From the NCBI GenBank assembly GCA_951406725.2, contig OX597829.1, forward strand, positions 25,048,001 through 25,112,000: a stretch of DNA of 64,000 nt. Reading direction: 5' to 3'. Every line of letters begins with the position of its first letter. Positions within the stretch are counted from its first letter, which is position 1. The DNA comes from Octopus vulgaris (lineage: Eukaryota). The notes below the pieces were generated by a model. It saw only the letters and a program-made list of their open reading frames with translations. It did not search any database and was not told the DNA's origin. Both the position numbers and the translations under genes were made by a program. This document shows positions 1 through 55,619 of this stretch, one piece after another.

Positions 1-75
1 GAAAGATTTATTGATATATTTACATGCATCTGTGTGGGTTGTATGTTTGCTGTTAACCATGGTGAGGTAGCTTAC

Positions 76-262
76 GAACAGCACTATGTTAGAACCTGTG
101 CAGTGTTGCTGGTGCTGTTGTATGTAGAGACGTTGTTGGCGACGTTTGTGAGAGACATGATGGTGGCGACGAAGATGGAGGTCGCTGTGATGCTGTTGGA
201 CAGGTGTTGTCTGGCTGTGTCGTGTGGTCACTGGTTAGACCTTGAAGGTTTGGAACCAAAAG
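76..262 (-). other. Putative first exon (5' leader with a 24-codon ORF) of an unidentified minus-strand gene continuing beyond the window
   Basis: Starts ~30 nt downstream of the TATA box; CpG-rich; donor TTC|GTAAGC at 75 (plus-strand cttac 71-75); gccaccatcATG at 158 opens MSLTNVANNVSTYNSTSNTAQVLT* (158-84). Confidence 0.5.
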
Positions 263-287
263 ATTCCGAGATGCGGAGAAGTTAAGT

Positions 288-420
288 TTTTATAAGTCTA
301 AAATTGGAGTTTAGAACAGACTGTCTCATGTGATCTTATTTAGGGACTTCGATTGGTTGGGTTGCATATTGGCGCGATAGAATAAGAGACAAATTGCGCC
401 AATACCAACCAATCAGAGTG
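288..420 (-). promoter_or_regulatory. Promoter of a divergently transcribed gene: TATA box, several CCAAT boxes and two E2F-like sites
   Basis: TATAAAA on the minus strand at 288-294; ATTGG at 303, 352 and 368; CCAAT at 399 and 409; TTGGCGCG at 369-376 and TTGCGCCAA at 394-402. Confidence 0.6.
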
Positions 421-984
421 ATGGACATAATGGGATCCAAATAGTGTCCAAAGGTTCGCTGTTACTTGCGACGTTCGAATGTATGTATATATAATGGAGA
501 GAGAGAGGAAGTTCACTAAAGTTCGCTACAGTATAAATACTACATGCTATTTTTGATCACGCAGTGTTTGTTGGTAATTTTCTTGCCGATGTGAATATCT
601 TTTGTGTGAATTCCGTTTACGTTTAGAGGTCAAATTCTGCCGAAGTTGACTTTGTTTTTCATCCATTCAGATTCGATAAAATAAGTACCAGTTGAGGACT
701 GGAATCAATGAAATTGACTTCCCCATCTCCTGGAGTTGCTTGCCTTATAGCATGATTTGAAACCAATGTATGAGTGAATTTCGATATGATCGTAATCTAA
801 TCCATCTGAAAGGTATTTTTTAGATAATTTCATTAAAAAAGTACCCATTTTTCTGAAAGTGATCTGGAAACAAAATCTGTAGGTATGCCGTCTGGATAAA
901 TGGACTGCTTTTGCCAGTTGTGGCAAAATTTTTGGACAATGTCAGGACAATCCAGGATTCATGTGAAGTTTTTCTGATTAGTTC

Positions 985-1288
985 TGTGGGGATGAAGTGA
1001 ACCGAAAGTAAAAAAGAGTCAGTGACATCAATGGTTTGGGGGCCCTACTGGAAGAGGAAGGGCGAGTGAGGAAGTGGGCGAAAGTAGGACCAGTGCAGGC
1101 CTCTTTGGCCTCGGACAGCGGGAGTGGACTGATGCGAGTAGACGTGCGAGCTAGAAAGGGAATTAGCCGTAGATTCTAGCGATATGTCAAACGAGTAGTG
1201 CGTCTCGGATTTAACCCAGCTGGAAAGTCGACACTGAGAGGTAGGTGGGTCGCACTTTGTTCCTCGTATTACAGTTCCCAATATAACA
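985..1288 (+). repeat. 5' LTR
   Basis: TG...CA termini; colinear with 4644-4925 (shared blocks include agtgacatcaatgg, gcgagctagaaagggaattagccgtag and cactttgttcctcgtattacagttcc). Confidence 0.85.
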
Positions 1289-2164
1289 AGCTATTTCGGC
1301 ACTTGTATATGTGTGTGTGTGTGTAGTGCATCTTGTAGGCATGAAGTAGATTCGATCCACCATATCCAAATTTAAATTAACACTGCAACAGACCTTTTCT
1401 CACGGTGGAACAATAGTTTTTTTCTGTGACAGCAGTTTTACATTTTCCAGATTGCTAGGCCGAAATAATGTCTTCACCACTTGACCCTTTCTAACCTCTT
1501 CTATTTCAGCAAAAGCTAGAAGATAACAAGACCACCAACTAAATCTATTGCTCTCAACGATATGTCTATCCTTCTGGATAGTTATAAAAGCAAGAACCCC
1601 AAACAAAAATCAGTTAGTCACTATACAATATCAAAACAACGGCTAAAAATTTTCTGAAGCAGTACCCCAACTAATTTTATCTACGAACCGCCACTGCTTG
1701 TGCCCATCTATTGCTTGTACCCTGGTCGTGAGGTGTATTAAAATTAACAGCTAAATAGGCCTTAAATTACGCCCCCGCCATCCATTTTTTTTTTGTTTAA
1801 TCGTATGAATTCCAGTGTGTAGAGTACAAATTCGTAAAACTTTTCTGAAATTTTCTGGAATTTTCTGAAAATTTTAGAAAAGTTATGAGGGGTTACATGT
1901 CATACGTTAAGTAGAATTTGATTTGTTTAGTTTCATTTAAAAACATGTATTATTTTCAGAATGTTGACAACACGTGCAGTCACGCACAAAATGACAGCTT
2001 CTAAATCCTGTTTCCTGACTGGATGAAAATGATCAAACTTTAAACCTCTATAATTTTTGAAAAATATTTTTCTAGAAAAAGTGGAATAACTCCAGTAATT
2101 CAGCGCATACTGTTATAATCAACAGCTGTGCAATAGCTCATCTCCAGTCCTTCAACACAAAACC

Positions 2165-2420
2165 TCAACTCATGAGTAAAGGAGAAACACTACCGTTCTA
2201 AGGGGAAGGGTACCACCTTCAAACCATGTCTCTTTCCCCATTGACAGACTCCATGCATCCTTGACGCGTGCATCGCCGATACATATTCCCATCACGCATG
2301 GTAGAGAAAAGATGCTTCTTTGTTTTGCATAATTTTCTTTTTGGTATAACACTCTTTTCTTTCAAGTACGAAACCGCATTCTCCTCTGGTGCATGATTTA
2401 AGGCTTACATGGCTACTATT
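2165..2420 (-). mobile_element. Possible Merlin/ISXO2-like DNA transposase fragment nested in the Gypsy element
   Basis: With one frameshift it reads YRRCTRQGCMESV..KETWFEGGTLPLRTVVFLLYS*, resembling the WRC..C..S.R.GTWFE.S.L.L...L.Y.W N-terminal region of these transposases. Confidence 0.45.
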
Positions 2421-2739
2421 TTTAGCACATATGACAACCATCACAATGACTGGAACATATTAGCCAACATGTGCTTTCTCGCAGACAAAAGCATTCTCAT
2501 GTTCGGCTTGTTACTATGGGAACAGGCATGAATGTGTCCGTGGCTTACGAATGGCTAAAATTACCCAAAATTTTCAAACTTTAATAGCTACTAACGTTTC
2601 TCGTGACCCCAGCGGTGACAAAAAAGTGGAATGGGAAGAGTAGTGTTAGGGCGGTCGGCAGCAGTGAAATTGGATGCAAGGGTAGCAGCAAAGTGGAGAT
2701 GGCAGTGCGCACACAACACTGAGACTGCGGGTGATTGTG

Positions 2740-4420
2740 ATCGACCATTTGGTAGATGGAGTTAATGTGGTAATTGGCATGGATATGATCAACCTCTTAG
2801 GAAGTATTAGTTGGTGAGATATAAGGGCCAGACATACTGTTTGAATAGGCTGGGTTTCGGACTAAATTCTGCACCAAAGATCGTGGCAACAATGCTCAAA
2901 ACTATCCTGGGAGAGGTGGACAAGATAAAAAAAGCCCACCAATTCCTATATAGACGACATCCTGGTAGACGAGACTGTAGTGCCTGCCGCAGAAATCATA
3001 GGTCACCTAAAGAAGTTCGGACTGACTGAGAAATTATTGAAGCTGCACTGGGGAGTCAAGCTTCAAAGAGACAAAACAGATATGTTGATGTTTCGGAGAG
3101 GAAAAGAGATTCCGGAACTGGGTACTAGCATCAACAGAGAACTATTCTCGATGTATAGGAGACTAATGGGTCACTACCCAATTGCGGGGTGACTTTGATC
3201 AACATGCAGTTTCGTTAAGAGACAAGCTAGGGAGACAAAGTGGGAGAGAGGGCGGTGGGCAAGAGAGGATAAGAGATTCTAGAGAGGGTAACAGCAGAAG
3301 ACTCAATAAGAGGAAGCTGGCACGAGCCCAAATTGGAGAACGGGACCATATGGCGCGATGCGAGCAGCATAGCAATAGGGCTTTCCTGGAAATCGGGGGT
3401 ACCAAAGTGGAGGACGCAGCCTGGCTCGGTAACCAACGTGGCTGAGTTGGACTCAGTGCTGAAGGGGATGAATCTGGCCCTAAGATGGGGGCTGTGCTCT
3501 ATCGAATTGAGAACTGATTCTGTCAGTGTGCTTAGATAGGTGGGATCAGTAATCACCGATGAAAGGCGGGTTCAAACCAAAGAGGCTGCAGAGATGTCAT
3601 TAAATCACCGGCTAGGAATTCTGAGAGAGAGCTAGCTGCCAAATTTAGTTTGATGCAGAGCGTGGTCGTTGTGCCTTTAGAAGGGAAAAAGGCAGACATT
3701 CTAACCAAGGTGAAAAAGACCTAGTTGGCGGTGCCGGAAGATTTGGAGCGGGGCATAGCTAAAGACGATTGGCGGAGGAGACTAACATATTAACTGTCAA
3801 TTGAAAGACTTTTCCCGTCTGAGACGAAGAGGTCGTCCCGAAACGTCAGATTTTTCTTATTGGTTTGTCATAAGAATTAATCCAAATCCATGAATTTCAC
3901 TTTTGTTTTCCACTTGATGTAGAATAATAAAGCCCCCTAATTTTTTTATTCGTAATATCTCAATGCTTGACTGTGGACCGGATGGAATGGCGATATGGAG
4001 GGAAATGAAGACGGGCACTGCAGATGAGGTTACATGTATCCCAAAGGAGATATTTCTGGAGCGGGGCCCTGTGGACGAATTGCTGATGGACAACGGCACT
4101 GTGTTTCGTTCGGAGATGCTCGATAAGTGGAATGTGCACAACTTTTTCGGAGCGGCATACAGGCCGAGAGGAAATGGGATCGTGCAAAGACACCATCGCA
4201 CGATCAACACCATGGTAGAGAAAGGATGCATCTCACTACTGGAAGCGTTATTTTGGTACAATATATAATATATCACCCCGACCAGGACAGGCCGAGGAAT
4301 CCATGTCACACAGCAATATTCAGGTATGAATGGCGACATCCGTGTACAGCATCACAACACATTTTGGAAGCGAGAGCCTACTTTCGTGCAGGTAGTAAAT
4401 GAAGTCTGGGTCAAACCCCA
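2740..4420 (+). pseudogene. Gypsy pol remnant (protease C-terminus, RT, RNase H, integrase core), frameshifted and deleted
   Basis: VVIGMD (protease); YCLNRLGFGLNSAP and YIDD at 2947-2958 (RT); DASS...AELDSV...RTDS (RNase H); DCGP...MDNG...YRPRGNGIVQRHHRT (rve integrase). Confidence 0.9.
3775..3960 (+). repeat. ~187-bp segment, copy 1, inserted in Gypsy pol; Penelope-like terminal repeat with degenerate hammerhead motif
   Basis: About 5 substitutions and 2 small indels relative to 5348-5536; contains CTGA(GA)CGAAGAGGTCGTCCCGAAACGTCAG. Confidence 0.85.
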
Positions 4421-4643
4421 AAGGCACGCTGCACACCTCAGCTTGGCTCTGTGGATGGAATGCTGCGTCAAGTCTTGCATGTTCGCAGAGTTGTCGCTTC
4501 GTCGGACGACGAAGGTGGTGAAGAGGAAGCGAGCAGCGCTCTATCCCTGCGGAGATCACAACGAACGAGACGTCCGCCCAGGTGGATAGCAGATTTCAGC
4601 ATGGAGTGAAGAGAGGAGGTGCTCTTTGAAATCAATGGAGGCG

Positions 4644-4925
4644 TGTGGGGATGAGGTGAACTAGAAGGAAAGGGTCAGTGACGTCAATGGTTGAGGGGCC
4701 AGAGTGAGTGAGGAAGTGGGCGGAAGTAGGACCAGCATAGGCTTCTTTAGCCTTGGGCAACAGGAGTGGACGGACGCGTATAAGCATGCGAGCTAGAAAG
4801 GGAATTAGCCGTAGGTTCTAGCGATAAGCCAGACATGTAGGGCGTGTCACAGATTTAACCCAGCTGGACACTGAGAGATAGGTGAATCGCACTTTGTTCC
4901 TCGTATTACAGTTCCTCGTATCACG
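4644..4925 (+). repeat. 3' LTR
   Basis: Colinear with 985-1288; preceded by a short purine-rich stretch (weak PPT). Confidence 0.85.
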
Positions 4926-4949
4926 GGTTCTAGACAGCAGTCTTTCTTT

Positions 4950-5205
4950 ACAAAGAGTGGTAAAAGTAAAGACCCCGCCCCACCTCGGTCGTGACTCCGA
5001 GGCACAAGTTCGGGAAAGGTTGTTGTTTATGGAAGACCAGCAGTCGCCCATGCATACTAGCCCCCTCTCAACACAACCGATGTTATCCAAGGGAAGGGCA
5101 AAGGCCGATGCAGCTTGGCACCAGTAACGTCACATCTCATTTCTACAGCTGAGTGAACTGGAGCAACGTGAAATAAAATGTTTGGCTCAAGAACACAACA
5201 CACAA
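4950..5205 (-). mobile_element. SINE fragment (same family as 28535-28850)
   Basis: Its reverse complement matches gttcactcagctgtagaaatgag...gcctttcccttggataacat of the 28535 copy. Confidence 0.7.
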
Positions 5206-5347
5206 AAGCACAGCTATACAAGCATTTTCATTCTTTCATTTGCTTATAAGTAAATAAATAAAAGATACTGGAGTAACTGGTGGATGTACGTTTTCAATGA
5301 AAATTAAACAATGAAATTCATGAATTTGAAAAAGTTTGTATATCAGA

Positions 5348-5536
5348 GAGGAGACTAACATACTAACTGTCAATTGAAAGACTTTTCCCGTCTGAGACGA
5401 AGAGGTCAGTCCCGAAACGTCAGATTTTTCTTATTGGCTTGTCATAAGAATTAATCCAAATCCATGAATTTCACTAATGTTTTCCACTTGATGTAGAATA
5501 ATAAAGTCCCCTAATTTTTTTTTATTCGTAATATCT
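5348..5536 (+). repeat. ~189-bp segment, copy 2, just upstream of the ZDHHC promoter
   Basis: Direct repeat of 3775-3960. Confidence 0.85.
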
Positions 5537-5624
5537 ACCTTTTATCGATCTTGTGGCAAGAAAAGAAATTATTAGATTACATCAAGAAAGAAAGAAAAAA
5601 AAAATTGTTTTTTTAACAACACAA

Positions 5625-5870
5625 AACATCACCGCTACCGTCACCGCCGCCAGGACAATAATATTGTTGTTAAAGCTTTCTGAAGCGGGGGCGGGAGAAA
5701 AATAGTAAAATATAAACAAATACAGGCAAAACCGCCGCCGCCGCCATGGCGATCAGATGATTTATGACACGCTTTAGCAGGTTGCTGTCTAACGTAAACA
5801 TGCGCACTGACGGTTTCTTATCAGACAATTCTATAAGAGTTACCTGCCTTAGTTATTGCTAGTTTCCAAC
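5625..5870 (+). promoter_or_regulatory. CpG-rich promoter/5' leader of the ZDHHC gene
   Basis: Local CpG enrichment with (CCG)n runs; GC box GGGGCGGGA at ~5687; TATAAA at 5711; palindromic CGCCATGGCG (YY1-like) at 5742-5751; partial NRF1-like CATGCGCA at ~5799. Confidence 0.6.
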
Positions 5871-50210
<44,340 letters not shown>

Positions 50211-51489
50211 TTATTTACAGACCGTCCCACCACTACCACCACCACCACCACCACTGTCTAGGTTACTTTGTATATTGTAACCGTGGCAACAACAAAGTTA
50301 TCTGTCTTTTCTTTGTTTCTTTGAAGTTTTTTCTTTGTTCATTTCATTTGTATGAAACCCCTTTTTTTTTTTCTTTTTTTTTTTACCTTCAAAATATTCA
50401 TTTATTTTCAAATTATTCTAATGAAGGAATGACACAAAACAAATGACATTTGATAAAATAACTATAACTTATCTCCCAATTCATTTTTTTTTTTTTTCCT
50501 TCTGTTTTGTCATCTTACTACATCACACATATATATACACATATGCACACACGCACACGCACACACACAAACCAGCTCCATCAATAGCTGGGACCATAGA
50601 CTTCAGTTAACATTCTGAAATTGCTAAGTGAAATCAATGCTGCTTGTTTCTGTAACTACATCTACACAAACTACAAAACATTTGAAATATTTAAATTGGA
50701 AACAAAATTAAACAAAATCATCCCATAAGAGGCACTGAATACTGGAGAAGAACAGTTTATACAGCCCGAATTTGTGGCCTTGTTTCATTCTTTTGATGCG
50801 CCTGAATCTCACCTCTTGTGTTGTTTTGTCAAAGCTTCGCTAAATTTAATTTATGTGTGTTTGTGCGTGTGTGTGTGTGTGTGTGAAAATTTAATGCTTC
50901 TTGAAGGACACTACTATTTCTCATCCTGTGATTAATGTTGACTAACTGCCAATCTATAAAGATGTGTATATACATATGTACATATCCACACACACATATA
51001 TACACACATGCTTATATACTTATATAACATATATGCACAAACATGTATTTATGTATGTATATTTATACTTGTTCTTTTTGTCTGGGGAGGTGGGTTGTTT
51101 TTTTGTTTTTTTTGCCTTATGGGTTCATGTTATATACTTTAAAAAAATATCTGTGTAAAAGAATTCTTAATTACTTTCCCCAAATCTGGTTTCTTGTTAA
51201 ATGAAGTAATTAAATATAGAATCCCTGGTTTATTGCAACAGCATCATTGTAGTGGCGGGGCTGGTGTTTGTGTTACTGGTTAATGTCCCCCTCTGATTAA
51301 ATGACATTCGCAGTAGTTCATTATCAGTTTGTTCAGTTCCTTGCATCTCAATTTCTCACTTATCATGAAATATATGAATCTGATCTTTGATCTATATGGC
51401 CTATTGCCACATGACAAATTACCATAGTGAGACTCATCCAACCCATGCTGCCATGGAGTAATAGATGTAAATTATATATATATGTATAT

Positions 51490-52250
51490 ATATTTGTTAT
51501 ATCTTCTCTAAGGTTCTTGAAGTCATTCGCCCCCTTGAGTTATGTGCCATCATTGAAACAAATTGCCAAATAGCTTTCATCTTCATTGAAGGTCACCAAC
51601 TTTGCCTTCAGTATTCACAAGTGATGTTAAATATCACAGTTGATGAACTGTGAGGTCAAGATCATCAACATTGTCCAGATTCAGATATTTAGGCCCTGTT
51701 AATGTCTTGATCATAGCTGCTTGGTGGTGAGGTATTTGACTTGGCTTAAGGATGTAGTCCATTACAATCATAAAGAGAAAAAAGGGTTAGTGTCTCTATA
51801 AAGGTTACTTGCTGTTATTGGAAACTCTTTAAATTGGACTGTTTGTTCTTTGCATAAGGCTTGATGGGTTTTCATGCATGGTGGTGATGGTTTGACAATC
51901 TCTTGTGAGACACCAAAGTTTGACAGAACATAAAACATGCCCTTTCTGTTGATATTATGAAATTATTTAGCAATTTTGATTTATAGACTCATCCCACCAA
52001 TTTCTGCTATTGTTATTCAATACAGTGTAGGCTTTGTTGCTCATTGCTATCATGTTGAGCTGATCCTTCAGATGTTCTGTTTTGGAAACTTTTGTATCTA
52101 AAAAGATGAAGACAAGATCATTCAATTATATTGATGCTTTTGACACACAACATGAAAAATGATTATTTCTCAAAAACCAGTGAGAGGGTAGTTTCTTGAT
52201 ATGGCACGAAATGCATCTTGGTTGGAACCACTTGGAGAAATAGAATTTTC
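51490..52250 (-). mobile_element. Degenerate LINE RT fragment
   Basis: Minus strand reads EFPITASNLYRDTL.PFLFMIVMDY (GVLQGDTLAPFLF-like) and LDNVDDL (LDFADDI-like). Confidence 0.65.
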
Positions 52251-54739
52251 TCCAACAGACAGCCTCACTACTTGTGATCCTTCATAATCTCTTTGAAGAG
52301 GTAAGATCAGACTTCATCACTTCTTCCCATGTCATCCTCTCTCACATGTCTCAACCACTTCAGTCTTCTCTCTTACAACATCTCATTCCTCTTATACCTA
52401 ATTTTTTTTTTTCTTTGTCATTTACTCACACTAACATTTCACATCCAGCAAAACCTGGTCTCATTTGTCTCCAAGGTGGCACAAGACTGAATTGAAGATA
52501 AATCATGTAATGTTGAAATGTTGAGCTGATTTACCAGGTAAATTTGGACAAAACAAGCAAGGAATAACAGTGTTCATGAGATAAGTTATATCAATAGTTC
52601 AGTTCAAATATTATTTATTATTATTATTATCAACTTGAATCAATGAAGACAACCAGTGTTCATTGGTTGTCTTCATGCCAATAATATCAGCCAATTCATG
52701 CTCCGTTATCATAAAAGAAGGAAGGACACATTAGATAATGTATTCATAGATATACGTTGTCTGCAAAAAGTTGAAGGCAGAATGTTGAAAGTGGAAAGAG
52801 AGCATGGTCATAAGTGATTATAGACCATACAATCTGGGCTGGTGCTAAATTACTAATTTAGAAATTTAAAAATATGATTTGCACTTGGTAAAATTATTAT
52901 TTAATCAAATTTTTAAGGAAAATCTATCAAAAATACAAATGTACACGTTTCATAATTGTTTGAACAAAATATAAACCAACATTGATTTCTATTTAATTGT
53001 TGACTTGAAAGTTACATATCTCACACTGCATATGTTGTTGTTGTTTAGCGTTGGCTTATTCATCTCATTGAGTACATTTATGAAAGCTTTTGACAGTGGA
53101 AATGTTATTTACCCCTAGCCCTCATCAAGCAGACCAATGAAAATGTTTAAGCCATGACCTGTTTTTCATTAGACACAGTATATCATGAACTATGTTATTT
53201 AATGTGCCCTTGCATGTTTTTAAGATTATTTGGTGTAATTTGAGGGAGACTTGGCTGTCATTTCTAGCAGGTCAGATGACCACATAGAGGGTCTTCCATT
53301 GGTTCCTAGATGCAACTGTGACTTCACATTTCGATGCATCATTCTTCTCTCTCTTCCCACCTCCTCTGTTTTTGTCAACTTCTTTATACACTGGTTCCAG
53401 ATGAGATTTTAAAAAAAATTTAAATACTTCTAATATAGCTTCCTTCACCAAATTGGGCATTTTCATTGGAGCTCCTTCTTCTCCACATCTTATCTCTTCT
53501 TAAACAAGTTCCGTGAATTTACTTTATCTAAAGGAAATATAAAAAGGAAAAAATATGTTTATATTTCTTGTGAGAAACAAAAACCAAGGTCCATCAAAAT
53601 ATTAAGTTGGGATTGATGACAACCAGGTCAGAAAGATTCATTCAAATATATTTTTACAAAATCAATGTGATATTACTTTTTACACTAGATTGACAAAAAC
53701 TCCCTTCTCTGGTAGCTGATTCAGTTACAAAAAGGAGTCAAAAATCCCGAAATTCTGCTTTGTGTCAATGTGTGTGTGTCAGTCTGTCTGTGTTCCATTG
53801 TTGTTTATGAAGATAAATTTTCTTTAAAACTAATGTAAATTTCACAGTATTTTGAGGGTTTTGTTGTCTTTTTTTTTTCTTTTTGCTTATTTAATGTTGG
53901 TAATACTGAAGCTTCAGTCATTGTTCCTGGGTTATCATAATGCAAAAGTTCTTTGTGGTCCTCTGCTTACTGGCAAACATGAATTCTATAGCGTCATATA
54001 TATATATATTAATTTACAGAGACGTATGTGTGTGTGTGTGTATATTATATACATATGAATGTATATTTATATATATCATCATTACTTGCTGGCACGGATA
54101 GCATGGATTTATCAGCTCTGAGGTTTCTATGGCTGAACATCTTTCCTAACACTAACCATGTTACAGTGTGTAGTGGGTGCTTTTGTGGCACCAGCACGAG
54201 TGAAGTCATTGTGCATCTTGCATGACTAAGATCTCCTTTGAGCGGGTGGGGCTACAGTAGAGAGGGACGCAGCTTTAGGTTAGGAAATGCAGAGTTCAAG
54301 TATGGAAGAAAGAATCAAAACAGAACAGGTTTCTTGCTGTAGGGAACCTACATGACTAGTATGGAGCTGGCAAGAGGGTGGAGTGTCAAAATATAAAGTG
54401 AGTAGACATGGTTGGGGACAGAAAAGGGATTGTGGCTGGGTAGAAGTTGCAAGAGTGTGTGGGTGACTGAAGAATTGAATAATGGAAATAAGTGAGGGGA
54501 GTGAATAAAATAAATAAAGAATAAAAGTTGAGAAGTGTTCAATGATAAATATGCATTAGTGAGAAAGTATGGAAGAGACTGGTAGCTGTAGTGAAGGGTT
54601 GACAGAAGTAAAGAGGTGATCAATGAAATATTTGAGATATGGGGGAAGTCACTGAGTTTATTAGGTTATGATTGACTGGAGTGAGGAGTAGCAGAATAGT
54701 AATAATACAGTGTGTGTATGTATATATATATATATATAT

Positions 54740-55062
54740 ATTATATTTTATTTATTCATGCGTCCTTTTCAAGCCTAGCCAGGCTCATGGGACCGGTTTC
54801 CTGGTTTCTGTGGCGTATGTGTTCCCCCCCAGCTGGACGGGACGCCAATCCATCGCAGCATTAATCAAGAAACAGGAAGAAAGAGTGAGAGAAAGTTGGG
54901 GCGAAAGAGTACAACAGGGGTCACCACCACCCCTTGCTGGAGCCTCATGAAGCTTTTGGTGTTTTCACTCAATAGATACACACAACACCCGGTCTGGGAA
55001 TCGAAACAGCGATCTTCCGACCATGAGTCTGCTGCCCTAACCACTGGGCCATTGCACCTCCA
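54740..55062 (-). mobile_element. tRNA-derived SINE (well-preserved head)
   Basis: Reverse complement ggaggtgcaatggcccagtggttagggcagcagactcatggtcggaagatcgctgtttcgattcccagacc; embedded in (TA)n. Confidence 0.75.
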
Positions 55063-55068
55063 TACCTC

Positions 55069-55107
<39 letters not shown>

Positions 55108-55619
55108 CCATCATCATCATCGGTTAATGTCCATCTTCCATGCTAGCATGGGTAGGACAGTACCACAAGAGCCAGCCAAGCCAAAGCCTGCACCAGACTT
55201 CTGTGGCCATTTTGGCAGGATTTTTACAGCTGGATACCCTTCCTAACACCAACTACTCAACAGAGTGGCTCAGTTTTAGCAAGGTTTTTACAGCTGAATG
55301 CCCTTCCGAACACCGGCCATTTTACAATGTGGACTGGGTGCTTTTTAGTGACACCTGCACTCTAAGGGTCACAAGTACTTGCAAGACAAAATCTTTTAAG
55401 AGTGGAGGAGGTGATGAATAAAAGGTTATAGTGAGACAGATACAGGTGTCTTGCTGAAGAAGGAAAGATCAGGAATGAAAGCAGAAACAGGTGTGGTACT
55501 GCAAAGAAAGTACATGGTTGCCCAACCTGAGTGAAGTGCAGGAGAAGGAAAGAGAGTGGGAAATCACAGGATGGAGATGGTGGCAAAACGCCAGGCATAC
55601 TCATATATGTATATATGTT

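Larger units (their letters stand above)
985..4925 (+). mobile_element. Decayed Ty3/Gypsy LTR retrotransposon
   Basis: Paired diverged LTRs (~985-1288 and ~4644-4925) both start TGTGGGGATGA; flanks agttc/ggttc form a TSD-like duplication. The internal PR-RT-RH-IN order is diagnostic of Gypsy. Confidence 0.9.

Noticed and set aside
76-158. Antizyme-like ORF1 with +1 frameshift
   Set aside because: The stop context is ACA-TAG-TGC, not the conserved UCC-UGA site, and the peptide shows no similarity to antizyme.
34-285. 83-aa plus-strand ORF
   Set aside because: Non-ATG start, no recognisable domain; it is the antisense of the minus-strand leader exon.
54990-55062. Functional tRNA gene (also the heads at 9445, 28535 and 35370-35445)
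   Set aside because: A/B boxes are present, but there is no proper acceptor stem and each head continues into a SINE body.
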